In this document: positions 8,331-18,245 of the stretch, piece after piece
Layout: every line of letters begins with the position of its first letter
Position numbering within the stretch: position 1 is the first letter of the stretch
Assembly: GCA_044368545.1 (NCBI GenBank)
Contig: JBIPPG010000003.1
Span: forward strand, 1 to 32,235
Origin: Chitinophagales bacterium
GTDB lineage: Bacteria > Bacteroidota > Bacteroidia > Chitinophagales > JADJOU01
Direction: 5' to 3'
DNA: 32,235 bases
Translations under genes and position numbers: made by a program
Notes under the pieces: generated by a model
What the model saw: only the letters and a program-made list of their open reading frames with translations
Databases searched by the model: none
What the model was told of the DNA's origin: nothing

Positions 8331-8390
8331 GATAGTATTAACTAATTTAGATTCAAAAACATACATCAAGGGAGGCCTCCAAATTTCATA

Positions 8391-8421
8391 AAGCCACTTC
8401 AGCTCTGAAGTGGCTTTTTTT
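8391..8421 (+). terminator. Rho-independent terminator
   Basis: AAGCCACTTCAG-ct-CTGAAGTGGCTT followed by a T run. Confidence 0.85.
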
Positions 8422-8440
8422 ATGTTAATAAATCGCTTCT

Positions 8441-8740
8441 ATGTTTTATCTTTATATTATCCACTCTTCTTCTTCTGAAAAATTCTATGTTGGGCATTCC
8501 GAAAATCCGTGGGAACGGATTCTTCAGCATAATGAAGACCGCAGTGATAAATACACCGGAAAATATCAAAACTGGGAACTTAAAGCCTTTTTTCAAGTTT
8601 CTGAAAACAAAGAAGATGCGCTATCGATTGAAAAATTTATCAAAAGGCAAAAAAGCAAAAAGCTTTTACTAAAATTAATTGAACCCAACTTTGTTCCAAC
8701 GGGGGATTTAGCGCAGTTGGTTAGAGTATCAAAGACGTAG
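8441..8740 (+). CDS. Stand-alone GIY-YIG nuclease (copy 2)
   Basis: 79/96 residues identical to copy 1 by manual alignment; ends in tRNA D-arm-like TTAGCGCAGTTGGTTAGAG (8708-8726). Confidence 0.9.
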   Translation: MFYLYIIHSSSSEKFYVGHSENPWERILQHNEDRSDKYTGKYQNWELKAFFQVSENKEDALSIEKFIKRQKSKKLLLKLIEPNFVPTGDLAQLVRVSKT

Positions 8741-8741
8741 T

Positions 8742-9611
8742 TTACTTAAACTGTTCAAAAAAACTATATTCTACTTCAAAGACAATTTTTGGCTTAACAC
8801 CTAATTCTACTCTTTCAAATAATTCTACAAGTTTCTTGCCATCTATCAATTCAATAGGAGGTGCGCCATCTCGTGAAGCTTCTCTTTTTGCATCCTCAGA
8901 AAAAGTTCCTGTTGTAAGAATTATACCTTTTTCGGCTCTTCCGATCATTGCATTTCTAAAGTCTCCAACTTGCGCGCGAGAAACAGTTCCTTTATATCTC
9001 TTACATTGAAACAAAACTTTTATACTTACAAATGGGTTTAATTCTAATGTTCCGTAGCCATCAATTCCTCCATCATGTGATGCTTGTGTTACATAAACAC
9101 TTTCAAAACCATGTTCTCGTAACAATCTTTTACAAATATGTTCAAATCCAATTGGCGAAAGAGATTGTAAAACTTCTAGTAAACTTGGTGCAATTTCATG
9201 CTCCATTTGTTCTGGCTCAACCTCTTCTTGCTTAACTTTTTCAGATACTATTTTTTCTTTTCTTGTTTTTTGGTGAATTTCAACCCATTTTATAAAAATA
9301 TCTCTAGATTTTTTTTCATCTAATATGGTAATTAGGCCTTTTTGAGATAAAGTCCAAATTCCCCTTTTGCTATCATCTAATAATCCTTCCCATGTTAAAT
9401 ATTGTCTTGCCCATGCGACTTGATTATCAAACCTTAAAATTCCCGATTTCATAACCTCTTCTCTTTGTTTATCAGGAATACTGTTGTTTTTTGCAATTTG
9501 CTCAATCACTTCTTTTGGTTTTCCCGATCCGCCCAATTCTCTTAATGCGTCCAAAAGTGGCCCAAACCATTTAATAAATTGTGCTTGTCCAGATTTGTTA
9601 GATTTACTCAT
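8742..9611 (-). CDS. mrr: Mrr-family (type IV) restriction endonuclease
   Basis: Mrr_N winged helix (LLDALRELGGSG..NQVAWARQYL..RGIWTL) plus catalytic DGGIDG..QCKRY..ITTGTFS..IELIDG; own TAATTTTG box at 9633-9640 (minus). Confidence 0.9.
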   Translation of the reverse strand: MSKSNKSGQAQFIKWFGPLLDALRELGGSGKPKEVIEQIAKNNSIPDKQREEVMKSGILRFDNQVAWARQYLTWEGLLDDSKRGIWTLSQKGLITILDEKKSRDIFIKWVEIHQKTRKEKIVSEKVKQEEVEPEQMEHEIAPSLLEVLQSLSPIGFEHICKRLLREHGFESVYVTQASHDGGIDGYGTLELNPFVSIKVLFQCKRYKGTVSRAQVGDFRNAMIGRAEKGIILTTGTFSEDAKREASRDGAPPIELIDGKKLVELFERVELGVKPKIVFEVEYSFFEQFK

Positions 9612-9655
9612 TTATGTTTTTTTGTGAACACACAAAATTAAAATATTCTTTTTAA

Positions 9656-10534
9656 TCACTCCTCTTTTTTCCCTTCCATAATATCCATTATTTCTATTTC
9701 TACTCTTCGGTCGTGGCCACAGCTTATGCCCGTTGGATAGAGTCCTTTCAATCCTTCGTATAGCAGCCTAGAACTATCTATGCCTTTGTCTATTAAATAT
9801 TCATAGACGGCTTTGGCGCGGGTTTCGGATAGATTAAACGTTCGCGTTTGCTTATCGTATCCATCTTGACTTCTATCTTTGATGCCCATTAGACACACGT
9901 GTCCATTTATCTTTATTTTATACTTCGTATATTTTTTGATATAAAAAGTTAGTGAATCCAACGAAGGGTAGGAGTGTGGACGAAAACGATGCATCCGTCC
10001 AAAGAACAAAATATCTTTGAAAATAATGATGTCGCCGATTTTTTGGCTATCGGTAATCACGCCCAAACTTTTTTGTTTGTATCGCTCCCAAGATTTCAGT
10101 AGCATAGAGTCTACAGAATGTGTCTTTTTTTCGTATTTTCTTTTGAAATATACGATTGCGTCTACCCTTCGGTTTTCTTTTCTTTGAGTGGTGGTATCTT
10201 TCGTCGTTCCAACCAAAGCTACACTTCCCATTCCTTTATAAACTAATTTTTGACTCACGATTTGATTTTTGACCAATTCGTCATAAACCTTTTTAGCCCT
10301 ATGGGTCGATAGTCTTATATTATATTCTTGGCTAGCTCTGTCATCGCAGTATCCATATATTTCTATTTTAAGAATCGTATCACACGATTTGATAAAATGG
10401 AGCGCTTCGTTCCAGTCTTTTGCTTGAGTATTAAAACTATCCGTATCGAAATATATGCAAAACCTCTTTTTCTCTTGAGCGTATATATTAAGCGAAACTC
10501 CAAACATTCCTATTAAAAGTATTTTAAAAAACAT
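9656..10534 (-). CDS. OmpA-family protein with two peptidoglycan-binding domains
   Basis: Signal peptide; GYCDD..YNIRLSTHRA..NRRV and NGHVC..NLSETRAKAVYEYL..DRRVEI. Confidence 0.85.
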   Translation of the reverse strand: MFFKILLIGMFGVSLNIYAQEKKRFCIYFDTDSFNTQAKDWNEALHFIKSCDTILKIEIYGYCDDRASQEYNIRLSTHRAKKVYDELVKNQIVSQKLVYKGMGSVALVGTTKDTTTQRKENRRVDAIVYFKRKYEKKTHSVDSMLLKSWERYKQKSLGVITDSQKIGDIIIFKDILFFGRMHRFRPHSYPSLDSLTFYIKKYTKYKIKINGHVCLMGIKDRSQDGYDKQTRTFNLSETRAKAVYEYLIDKGIDSSRLLYEGLKGLYPTGISCGHDRRVEIEIMDIMEGKKEE

Positions 10535-10667
10535 CGGTTTTTGTTTTAATGCGTTTTATATAACTTCTAATTATCAAAAATATTTTATTTTGTCTTTTTT
10601 TAAATTTTTAACAGTCCATGTCAAAAAAGTATCTTATTTTCGCTTAAACTTTTAAAAATTAATAATC

Positions 10668-10880
10668 ATGAAAAAATTACTTTCTATTCTTGCACTTTGT
10701 GCTATTATGTTTTCGGTAAATGCTCAAGGAAGCGCTGCTTCTCAAGCAAAAACTAAAAAAGACGGTACGCCTGATATGCGTTATAAAGCAAATAAAGACG
10801 TAAAACCTGCTGCTGCTGCAAACGTTAAATTGAAAAAAGATGGTACACCAGACAAAAGATTCAAAGCAAACAAAAAATAA
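10668..10880 (+). CDS. Small secreted basic protein with two KKDGTPDxR(Y/F)KANK repeats
   Basis: Signal peptide ending VNA; duplicated motif; own terminator downstream. Confidence 0.75.
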   Translation: MKKLLSILALCAIMFSVNAQGSAASQAKTKKDGTPDMRYKANKDVKPAAAANVKLKKDGTPDKRFKANKK

Positions 10881-10912
10881 AATTGTTTCTAAAAAATTGA
10901 TTCTAAAAACAG

Positions 10913-10942
10913 AAAAAGCGCCTAGAACTAGGCGCTTTTTTT
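10913..10942. terminator. Bidirectional Rho-independent terminator
   Basis: AAAAAGCGCCTAG-aa-CTAGGCGCTTTTT between convergent genes. Confidence 0.88.
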
Positions 10943-10975
10943 ATTCCTGTAAGTTGTTATACTTTTTATAAATGA

Positions 10976-11350
10976 TTACTCTTTTACCTCACCATAAACT
11001 TTTATCATTATGGTTTCTTTCTCTGGGTCATTTGAATAAATCGTAATCATTTTTGTAAAAGGACCCACTTTATCAGTATCATATTTCACACTTATGGTAG
11101 CCGAACGCTTTGAGGCGATTGGTTCTCTTGGACATGTTGGCACCGTACAACCACAAGAGCCCGTACAGTTTGTTATTACCAAAGGATTTTTTCCAAAATT
11201 GGTTACCGTTATACTTCTCTCGCCATCGCTGCCCTTTTGCATTACTCCAAAATCTATCTCTTCACTACTCAAGCTAATCTTTGCCTCTTCTTGTCCAAAT
11301 ACCAACATGGTAGCCATGAACATAATTAAAAAAATTGTAGTTCTTTTCAT
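10976..11350 (-). CDS. DUF1573 domain secreted protein
   Basis: Signal peptide; IDFG..N.GKNPLVI..SCGCT.P..PI motif. Confidence 0.88.
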   Translation of the reverse strand: MKRTTIFLIMFMATMLVFGQEEAKISLSSEEIDFGVMQKGSDGERSITVTNFGKNPLVITNCTGSCGCTVPTCPREPIASKRSATISVKYDTDKVGPFTKMITIYSNDPEKETIMIKVYGEVKE

Positions 11351-11415
11351 TTTATACTATTTACAAAATATATGTTACAAATATCATGCAAAAACAAACA
11401 TTTTTTGCTAAAAAC

Positions 11416-11456
11416 AAAAAAAGATAAGATATATTAAAAAATCTTATCTTTTTTTT
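11416..11456 (-). terminator. Inverted repeat downstream of sucC, probable terminator
   Basis: AAAAAAAGATAAGAT-N10-ATCTTATCTTTTTTT. Confidence 0.6.
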
Positions 11457-11465
11457 GGTTAATTT

Positions 11466-12653
11466 TTACAAAACACTTTTTACAGCTTCGGCAGCCTCTT
11501 TCAGCAAAATGGCGCCTTTTACTTTCAGTCCGCTTTCGTCAATAATTCGTTTTCCTTCTTCGGCATTGGTTCCCTGTAGCCTTACTATTATATCTACCGG
11601 AATTTCTCCAATTGATTTATAGGCGTCTACTATTCCTTGGGCTACTCTATCACATCTTACAATTCCTCCAAATATATTTACCAAAATTGCTTTTACATTT
11701 GGATCTTTTAGGATAATTCTAAATGCTTTTTCCACTCTTTCAGCATTTGCAGTTCCTCCTACATCCAAGAAGTTGGCTGGTTCTCCTCCGCTCAATTTGA
11801 TAATATCCATAGTTGCCATTGCCAATCCAGCTCCGTTAACCATACAGCCTACGTTTCCATCCAATTTTACATAGTTCAAATCATAACTATGCGCTTCTAC
11901 CTCCATTGGGTCTTTCTCTCTTTTATCTTCCATCTCTGCCAATGCAGGTTGTCTGTACAACGCATTATCATCTATTGAGATTTTTCCATCTACCGCTATA
12001 ATTTTATCATCCGATGTTTTCAAACAAGGGTTGATTTCTACAAGTGAACAATCGCCACCTACATAAGCATTATAAACTTTAGCTACAAAAGATACCATTT
12101 CTTTGAATGCTTGTCCTTCTAATCCTAGATTGAAAGCAATTTTTCTACACTGAAATGCTTGCAAGCCCAATAATGGGTCTACATATTCTTTATGTACTTT
12201 TTCGGGAGTGTGTTCTGCTACTTCTTCAATTTCCATTCCACCTTCAGTAGAATAGATAATTACATTTTTCTTTGTAGTTCTATCCATAAGAACAGACAAA
12301 TAAAATTCTTTGATTTTTGATTGCTCACCATAATATACATCTTCTGCTATCAAGATTCTATTTACAATCTTTCCTTGTGCAGATGTTTGGGGCGTAATCA
12401 AGGTCATTCCCAAGATTTCAGAAGCCTTTTGTTTTAATTCATCTACATTTTTGGCAAGTTTTACTCCACCGCCTTTTCCTCTTCCACCTGCGTGAACTTG
12501 TGCTTTTACCACATACCAAGAAGTTCCTGTTTGTGCAGTTAAGTCCGAAGCTGCTTTAACAGCATCTTCCACACTTTCTACAGCAATACCTCTCTGAATA
12601 GCTGCTCCATACTTATTAAGCAATTCTTTTGCTTGATGTTCATGTAAATTCAT
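11466..12653 (-). CDS. sucC: Succinate--CoA ligase [ADP-forming] beta subunit
   Basis: MNLHEHQAK, KAQVHAGGRGKGGGV, GCMVNGAGLAMATMD, NFLDVGG, NIFGGIVRCD. Confidence 0.98.
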   Translation of the reverse strand: MNLHEHQAKELLNKYGAAIQRGIAVESVEDAVKAASDLTAQTGTSWYVVKAQVHAGGRGKGGGVKLAKNVDELKQKASEILGMTLITPQTSAQGKIVNRILIAEDVYYGEQSKIKEFYLSVLMDRTTKKNVIIYSTEGGMEIEEVAEHTPEKVHKEYVDPLLGLQAFQCRKIAFNLGLEGQAFKEMVSFVAKVYNAYVGGDCSLVEINPCLKTSDDKIIAVDGKISIDDNALYRQPALAEMEDKREKDPMEVEAHSYDLNYVKLDGNVGCMVNGAGLAMATMDIIKLSGGEPANFLDVGGTANAERVEKAFRIILKDPNVKAILVNIFGGIVRCDRVAQGIVDAYKSIGEIPVDIIVRLQGTNAEEGKRIIDESGLKVKGAILLKEAAEAVKSVL

Positions 12654-12734
12654 TGTATAAAATTTTTTGTTGTATTTTTGACGATATTTTAATTGGATGC
12701 GAAAATAATTTTTTTTTTTGATACTTGAGTAAAA

Positions 12735-13406
12735 ATGTTGGAAAAAGACATAATAATTTTTGGAAAAGACATTAAGAAAAGCTACGAAGACCTTTGTGTG
12801 CTTGATGTAGAAGCCATTTCTATCAAAAAAAATAAAGTTACATCTTTGACGGGACCTTCTGGAGCGGGCAAAAGTACGTTGCTACATATTTTGGGTACCT
12901 TGCTCAAACCTACATCGGGTCATATATATATAGAACAATCCGAAGTTTCTTCCTTAAGCGAAAAAGAGCTTTCTTCTTTTAGAAATCAAAAACTGGGTTT
13001 TATTTTTCAGTTTCACAATCTCTTGCCCGAATTTTCGGCTTTTGAAAATATTATATTGCCTGCAATGATAGCGGGAACACAAAAAGATATTTATACAAAA
13101 CGAGCTCACGAACTTTTGGCACTTATGAATCTTTCGGGAAGGGCTACGCACAAACCATCGGAACTTAGTGGTGGCGAACAACAGCGTATAGCAATTGCTA
13201 GAGCATTGATAAATGATCCACAATTAATTTTTGCTGACGAACCTACTGGAAATTTAGATACCAAAAACGCTCTTGACCTCCATCAACTTTTTATTAAATT
13301 GAGCCAAGAACTCGGACATACCTTTTTGATTGTAACTCATAATAATGAATTGGCGACGATGAGTGACATTATTATTAAAATGAAAGACGGAAAATTAGTT
13401 AATTAA
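12735..13406 (+). CDS. lolD: LolD-like ABC transporter ATP-binding protein
   Basis: Walker [23 protein letters not shown] (LolD motif), [16 protein letters not shown]. Confidence 0.8.
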   Translation: MLEKDIIIFGKDIKKSYEDLCVLDVEAISIKKNKVTSLTGPSGAGKSTLLHILGTLLKPTSGHIYIEQSEVSSLSEKELSSFRNQKLGFIFQFHNLLPEFSAFENIILPAMIAGTQKDIYTKRAHELLALMNLSGRATHKPSELSGGEQQRIAIARALINDPQLIFADEPTGNLDTKNALDLHQLFIKLSQELGHTFLIVTHNNELATMSDIIIKMKDGKLVN

Positions 13407-13417
13407 AACAGTTCATT

Positions 13418-13840
13418 ATGATTTCTTTAAACTCTTATCTGGTTTTTAATGGTGAATGCCGTCAAGCTTTTGATTTTTACAAAACCGTTTTCAAAGCAGA
13501 ATATGAGCACATAGCTACTTTTGGGGAAATGCATCAAGAGGGTGGAGAACCTTTGCACGAAAGCGATAAAGATAAAATTATGCACGTAGTATTACCTATA
13601 AAAGACCTATTTATAATGATGGGCAGCGATTCACACGAAAATTCGGGAAAAGTAACAATGGGTGATAATATTTCGCTCTCTATTAATTGTGAAACAAAAG
13701 AAGAGGCTACTTATTTCTATAATGAACTTTCAAAAAATGGAAAACAAACGATGCCAATAGCCGATACTTTCTGGGGTGCTTATTTTGGGATGCTTACCGA
13801 TGCCTTTGGGATTAATTGGATGATTAATTTTGATTATTAA
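13418..13840 (+). CDS. VOC/PhnB-family protein
   Basis: YLVFNGECRQAFDFYK..IMH..MGSD..TFWGAYFGMLTDAFGINWM. Confidence 0.9.
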   Translation: MISLNSYLVFNGECRQAFDFYKTVFKAEYEHIATFGEMHQEGGEPLHESDKDKIMHVVLPIKDLFIMMGSDSHENSGKVTMGDNISLSINCETKEEATYFYNELSKNGKQTMPIADTFWGAYFGMLTDAFGINWMINFDY

Positions 13841-13855
13841 AAAAATTATTGTTAG

Positions 13856-16336
13856 TTGAATACAGACGAGTTTAAAAATCTTATTCATTGTATTTCTTCA
13901 AAAAGCGATTTGAAAGAAATCGATTTTGATTATATCTCTATCGATAGTCGAACGTTGATTTTAGCGGAAAAGACTCTTTTTTTTGCATTTGATGGAAGTC
14001 GCAAAAAAGGCGTTCAATTTATTCCTGAATTAATAGAAAAGGGCGTTAGACTTTTTGTATTAAATGAAAAATATAAATCGGAAACCGAATCTTTTGATGC
14101 GACATTTTTTTATGTAAATGACATTTTGAATGCCTTACAAAATATATCAAGATACAAACGACAACTTTTTGGCAGTCCTGTAATTGGAATTACGGGAAGT
14201 AATGGCAAAACTATTGTAAAGGAATGGCTTTTTCAATTATTAAAAGATGACTACAAAATAGTCAAAAGCCCAAAAAGCTTCAACTCTCAGATTGGTGTTC
14301 CTCTATCGCTTTGGAATTTGAGCAGCGAGTATAATCTTGCATTGATAGAAGTGGGTATCTCCAAAAAAGGAGAAATGGAAAAGCTCGAAAAAATTGTATC
14401 GCCCGAAATAGGAATACTTACTTCATTTGGAAATGCACACAATGAAGGTTTTGAAAATAAAATGGAAAAGCTTCGAGAAAAACTTTTGCTATTCAAACAT
14501 TCAAAAAAAATTATTTATTCTGTTAATGATGAATTTCTTTTTGAAAATGTACCTACTCTTTTAAAGGAAATAAATCCTTCTGTAGAAATTATATCTTGGG
14601 GAAATAAAAAAGAGGCTAAAATTGAAGTTTTTAACAAATTTTATGAACTAGTTGTGTGCTACAACAATAGCAAAGTTGTGTTAAAAATTCCTTTTTTGGA
14701 TGACGCTTCGGTTGAGAACATTTCTAGCTGTATCGCTTTATATGCAACTATTTCAGGCGATTTAAGCATTCTTCAAAAACGTATAAATTCGCTTCAAAAA
14801 CTAGAAATGCGTCTTGAAGAAATAGACGGATTCCAAAACAATAAAATCATTAATGATTCTTATACTTCAGACATCGATTCGCTACAAGTAGCGCTTCAAT
14901 TTCTGGGTCAACAAGGTCAAAATAGATCTAAAATCTTAATTTTATCTGAAATCTATGAAAATGAATTTATAGAAAATTCATTTTATGAAAAAATTTCGCT
15001 TCTAATTAATGCCGTAGATACAGAAGAAATTGTATTTATTGGTGAAAAATATATTGATAATCAACGCTTTTTTAGTCATTTAAAATCAAAAACGGCTTTT
15101 TATACCGATACGGAAGACTTTATAACCAATTTTCCCCATCAGAGAATAAAAAACAGCATCATTATGCTCAAAGGAGCGAGAAAATTTGAATTTGAAAAAA
15201 TTCTTTCTTTATATCAAGACCAAACACACGAAACGCAATTGGAGATAAACCTAAATGCTGTCAAAAAGAACCTCAATGTTTTTGCCTCGCAGATAAAGCC
15301 TACTACTAAGATAATGATTATGCTCAAAGCCTTTGGCTATGGTATGGGCAGCAAAGAACTGGCAAAAGTACTTGAATATCAAAAAGCAGACTATTTTGCA
15401 GTTGCCTATATTGACGAAGGAATAGAACTGAGAAAACAAGGAATTAAAACACCCATTATGGTGATGAACTGTGAATGGAGCGCCGCCAATAAACTTGTGG
15501 AATATGACCTTGAGCCCGAAATTTATAGCTTGGAGTCTTTAGATAAATTTCTTCATTATTCGTCGTTTTTTTCACTTTCAAATCAGAAAAAACTATCTAT
15601 ACATTTGAAGATAGATACGGGAATGAATCGATTGGGGTTTAAAGAGTTAGATATAGATAATTTACTTATAGCTTTAAGTACAAATAAACATCTACAAGTT
15701 AAATCGGTAATGAGTCACCTTTCGGCAAGCGATGACAAAAACCTAGATTTTTTCACACACAATCAAGCCTTGCTTTTTAATGCCATTTGTGATAAAATTG
15801 CTTCTGCATTACAATATAATTTTATCAAACACATTTTGAATACAGAAGGAATTGTTCGATTTCCAGAATATCAATTGGATATGGTTCGTTTGGGAATTGG
15901 ATTGTTTGGAATTGAAGCATCGGGTATCCTTGTAAACGAGCTACAGTTTCCCGTTTGTCTTAAAACAAAAGTAGCCCAAATAAAAAAAGTAACGAAAGAC
16001 GAATTTGTAGGGTATTCTCTCAATGGAAAAATGGATACGGATTCGGAAATAGCTATTATAAACATTGGCTATGCTGATGGGTTTTTTAGAAAATTTGGCA
16101 ACGGAAATGCTTTGGTCAAAATCAATAACAGCCTATATCCTACTATTGGCAACATCTGTATGGATATGTGTATGGTCCTTTTGGACAAAAACCACGCTGT
16201 TAAATCTGGCGATTTTGCTTATTTGATTTATGATTTAAATTCTATTATTTCGCTTTCAAAAGCTGCCGAAACGATTCCTTATGAAATTCTTACTAGCATT
16301 AGCTCGCGCGTAAAGAGAAAATATTTTGAAGAATAA
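13856..16336 (+). CDS. alr: Bifunctional MurF-like ligase / alanine racemase (Bacteroidota fusion)
   Basis: IDSR, GITGSNGKT, SFNSQIGVP, INDSY (MurF-like); MLKAFGYG PLP lysine, HLKIDTGMNRLG, IGYADG, ICMD, TIPYE (Alr); TTG start. Confidence 0.95.
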   Translation: MNTDEFKNLIHCISSKSDLKEIDFDYISIDSRTLILAEKTLFFAFDGSRKKGVQFIPELIEKGVRLFVLNEKYKSETESFDATFFYVNDILNALQNISRYKRQLFGSPVIGITGSNGKTIVKEWLFQLLKDDYKIVKSPKSFNSQIGVPLSLWNLSSEYNLALIEVGISKKGEMEKLEKIVSPEIGILTSFGNAHNEGFENKMEKLREKLLLFKHSKKIIYSVNDEFLFENVPTLLKEINPSVEIISWGNKKEAKIEVFNKFYELVVCYNNSKVVLKIPFLDDASVENISSCIALYATISGDLSILQKRINSLQKLEMRLEEIDGFQNNKIINDSYTSDIDSLQVALQFLGQQGQNRSKILILSEIYENEFIENSFYEKISLLINAVDTEEIVFIGEKYIDNQRFFSHLKSKTAFYTDTEDFITNFPHQRIKNSIIMLKGARKFEFEKILSLYQDQTHETQLEINLNAVKKNLNVFASQIKPTTKIMIMLKAFGYGMGSKELAKVLEYQKADYFAVAYIDEGIELRKQGIKTPIMVMNCEWSAANKLVEYDLEPEIYSLESLDKFLHYSSFFSLSNQKKLSIHLKIDTGMNRLGFKELDIDNLLIALSTNKHLQVKSVMSHLSASDDKNLDFFTHNQALLFNAICDKIASALQYNFIKHILNTEGIVRFPEYQLDMVRLGIGLFGIEASGILVNELQFPVCLKTKVAQIKKVTKDEFVGYSLNGKMDTDSEIAIINIGYADGFFRKFGNGNALVKINNSLYPTIGNICMDMCMVLLDKNHAVKSGDFAYLIYDLNSIISLSKAAETIPYEILTSISSRVKRKYFEE

Positions 16337-16395
16337 TACAATCAAAAAAGAAAAAATCCTTATTTTAGTACTCAAATTTGAAAAAATAAAGCATC

Positions 16396-17523
16396 ATGAT
16401 AACAATTGAAGCAATCGACTTAAACAAAAAAAGTGATAAAAAACGTTTTGTTGATTTTGATTTTGAAATTTACAAAGATTATCCTCTATGGGTAGCACCT
16501 CTTCGTATGGATATTAACGAGAGGTTGAATCCAAAAAAACATCCTTTTTATCTCAATGGTCAAATCCAATGTTTTGTAGCTTTGAGAAACGGAAACATCG
16601 TGGGAAGAATAGCCGCTATAGACAACAGTAGTTATAATGAATTTCATAGTAGCAATGTTGGGTTTTTTGGGTTTTTTGAATGTATCAATGACCAAGACGT
16701 AGCCAATACACTTTTTGACAAGGTTACAGAATGGCATCAATCACAGCAAAACAATATTCTTCACGGACCTGTAAATCCATCTACAAACTATGAATCGGGT
16801 TTATTAATTGATGGATTTGATGATGCACCAAAAATAATGATGTCGTACAATCCTCCTTATTATCAAACCCTAATGGAGAATTATGGACTTCACGTATCAA
16901 TGAAAATGTATGCATATAAAGTGGCGGACCACAACGTTTTATCTAATGAAAAATTGCTTCGAGTAAAAGATATTGCGCTTCAAAGAAGCAATACAAAACT
17001 TAGGCTTGTAAATAAAAGTAAATTAAACATAGAGATAGAACATATCAAAAAAATTTATAACAAAGCCTGGGAAAACAACTGGGGTTTTGTGCCAATGAGC
17101 GATGCCGAACTTAATCTAATGGCCAATGAACTTAAATTAATTTTGGATACTCAATTTGCTCCTATGATTGAAAACGAAAAGGGTGAGGTAGTAGCGTTTG
17201 CACTTGCGCTAAGAGACATTAACTTTATTACCAAAGACTTCAAGGGGTCATTGTTTCCTTTTAATTTTTTAAAGCTTTTGTTTGGACAGAAAAAAATCAA
17301 ATGGATTCGTGTATTGCTTTTGGGAATTTTGCCCGAATATCGTGGCAAAGGACTGGACGCGGTTATGTACTATGAAATGATTAAAAACGGAATGAAACAA
17401 GGTCTCAATTTTGCCGAAGCAAGCTGGATATTGGAAAGCAACCCCGAAATGAATCGTGGTATGAAAGTGGTAAATGGGGAAATCTACAAAACCTATGCAA
17501 TTTTTGAAAAACAAATTCTCTAA
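16396..17523 (+). CDS. GNAT-fold acyltransferase (YghO-like)
   Basis: VGRIAA..GFFGFFEC, GPVNPSTN, YNPPYY, NWGFVP, LGILPEYRGKG, SWILESN. Confidence 0.8.
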   Translation: MITIEAIDLNKKSDKKRFVDFDFEIYKDYPLWVAPLRMDINERLNPKKHPFYLNGQIQCFVALRNGNIVGRIAAIDNSSYNEFHSSNVGFFGFFECINDQDVANTLFDKVTEWHQSQQNNILHGPVNPSTNYESGLLIDGFDDAPKIMMSYNPPYYQTLMENYGLHVSMKMYAYKVADHNVLSNEKLLRVKDIALQRSNTKLRLVNKSKLNIEIEHIKKIYNKAWENNWGFVPMSDAELNLMANELKLILDTQFAPMIENEKGEVVAFALALRDINFITKDFKGSLFPFNFLKLLFGQKKIKWIRVLLLGILPEYRGKGLDAVMYYEMIKNGMKQGLNFAEASWILESNPEMNRGMKVVNGEIYKTYAIFEKQIL

Positions 17524-17525
17524 TT

Positions 17526-18245
17526 ATGCGTATTTTTTTCTTTTTATTTATTTGTATTTTTAATGTTTCTTTTGGTCAAATTAAAGACAGCTCAATCGTT
17601 GTAAAAACTAGTGAAAACAGTTCTAAGGTTCTTAAAAAAGACAGTTTGAAAAAAACGGACTCTACTTTTAAAACCGCTAAATCTAAATCTCCAATTTTTG
17701 AAGGTGTAATCACATATCAAAAACGTATTCTAAATCCCAATCCAATTTTAATTTCGGATGAAGAGTTTTATCAAACCGTGGAAAACAAAGGTGTTTCAAA
17801 AATATTTTTTTATATAAAAGGAAATAGATACAAGATTGTGAGCAATGAAACCATTTCTATTTTTGATCCCCAAGGATATCGAGTTTGTATAAAAGATCTT
17901 GTCAAAGACAAAGACACTTTTTATTGTTTACCTGCAAATTTAGCCGAAGATAAAGTTCAGAAAATAGAGCCTTCGAGCCAAAAAGCAATGATTCTTGAGA
18001 AGCCATGCTTTTGTTTTTTGGTTAAAAGTCCTTTTTCTACTAAAACGGTTTTTTATAATAACGAAGTGCTTAAAACCTCCCCAATTCATTGGGTTAATCA
18101 TTTTAAAGACGATTGGGGTCCCATTCTTCAAAGAGCTGGAGCATTTCCATTAAAAATGATTACCAAATCTTCTTTTGGAAATGAAGAGTGGGAAGTTATA
18201 AAAATTGAGACAAAGACATTGTCTTTAGAAGATTTTATTTTTTAG
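17526..18245 (+). CDS. Hypothetical secreted protein
   Basis: Signal peptide; FEGVITY..ILEKPC..FPLK pattern reminiscent of DUF4412/GLPGLI-like proteins. Confidence 0.6.
   Translation: MRIFFFLFICIFNVSFGQIKDSSIVVKTSENSSKVLKKDSLKKTDSTFKTAKSKSPIFEGVITYQKRILNPNPILISDEEFYQTVENKGVSKIFFYIKGNRYKIVSNETISIFDPQGYRVCIKDLVKDKDTFYCLPANLAEDKVQKIEPSSQKAMILEKPCFCFLVKSPFSTKTVFYNNEVLKTSPIHWVNHFKDDWGPILQRAGAFPLKMITKSSFGNEEWEVIKIETKTLSLEDFIF

Noticed and set aside
11466-12653. sucC without adjacent sucD
   Set aside because: Separation of sucC and sucD is common in Bacteroidota, so it is not unusual.
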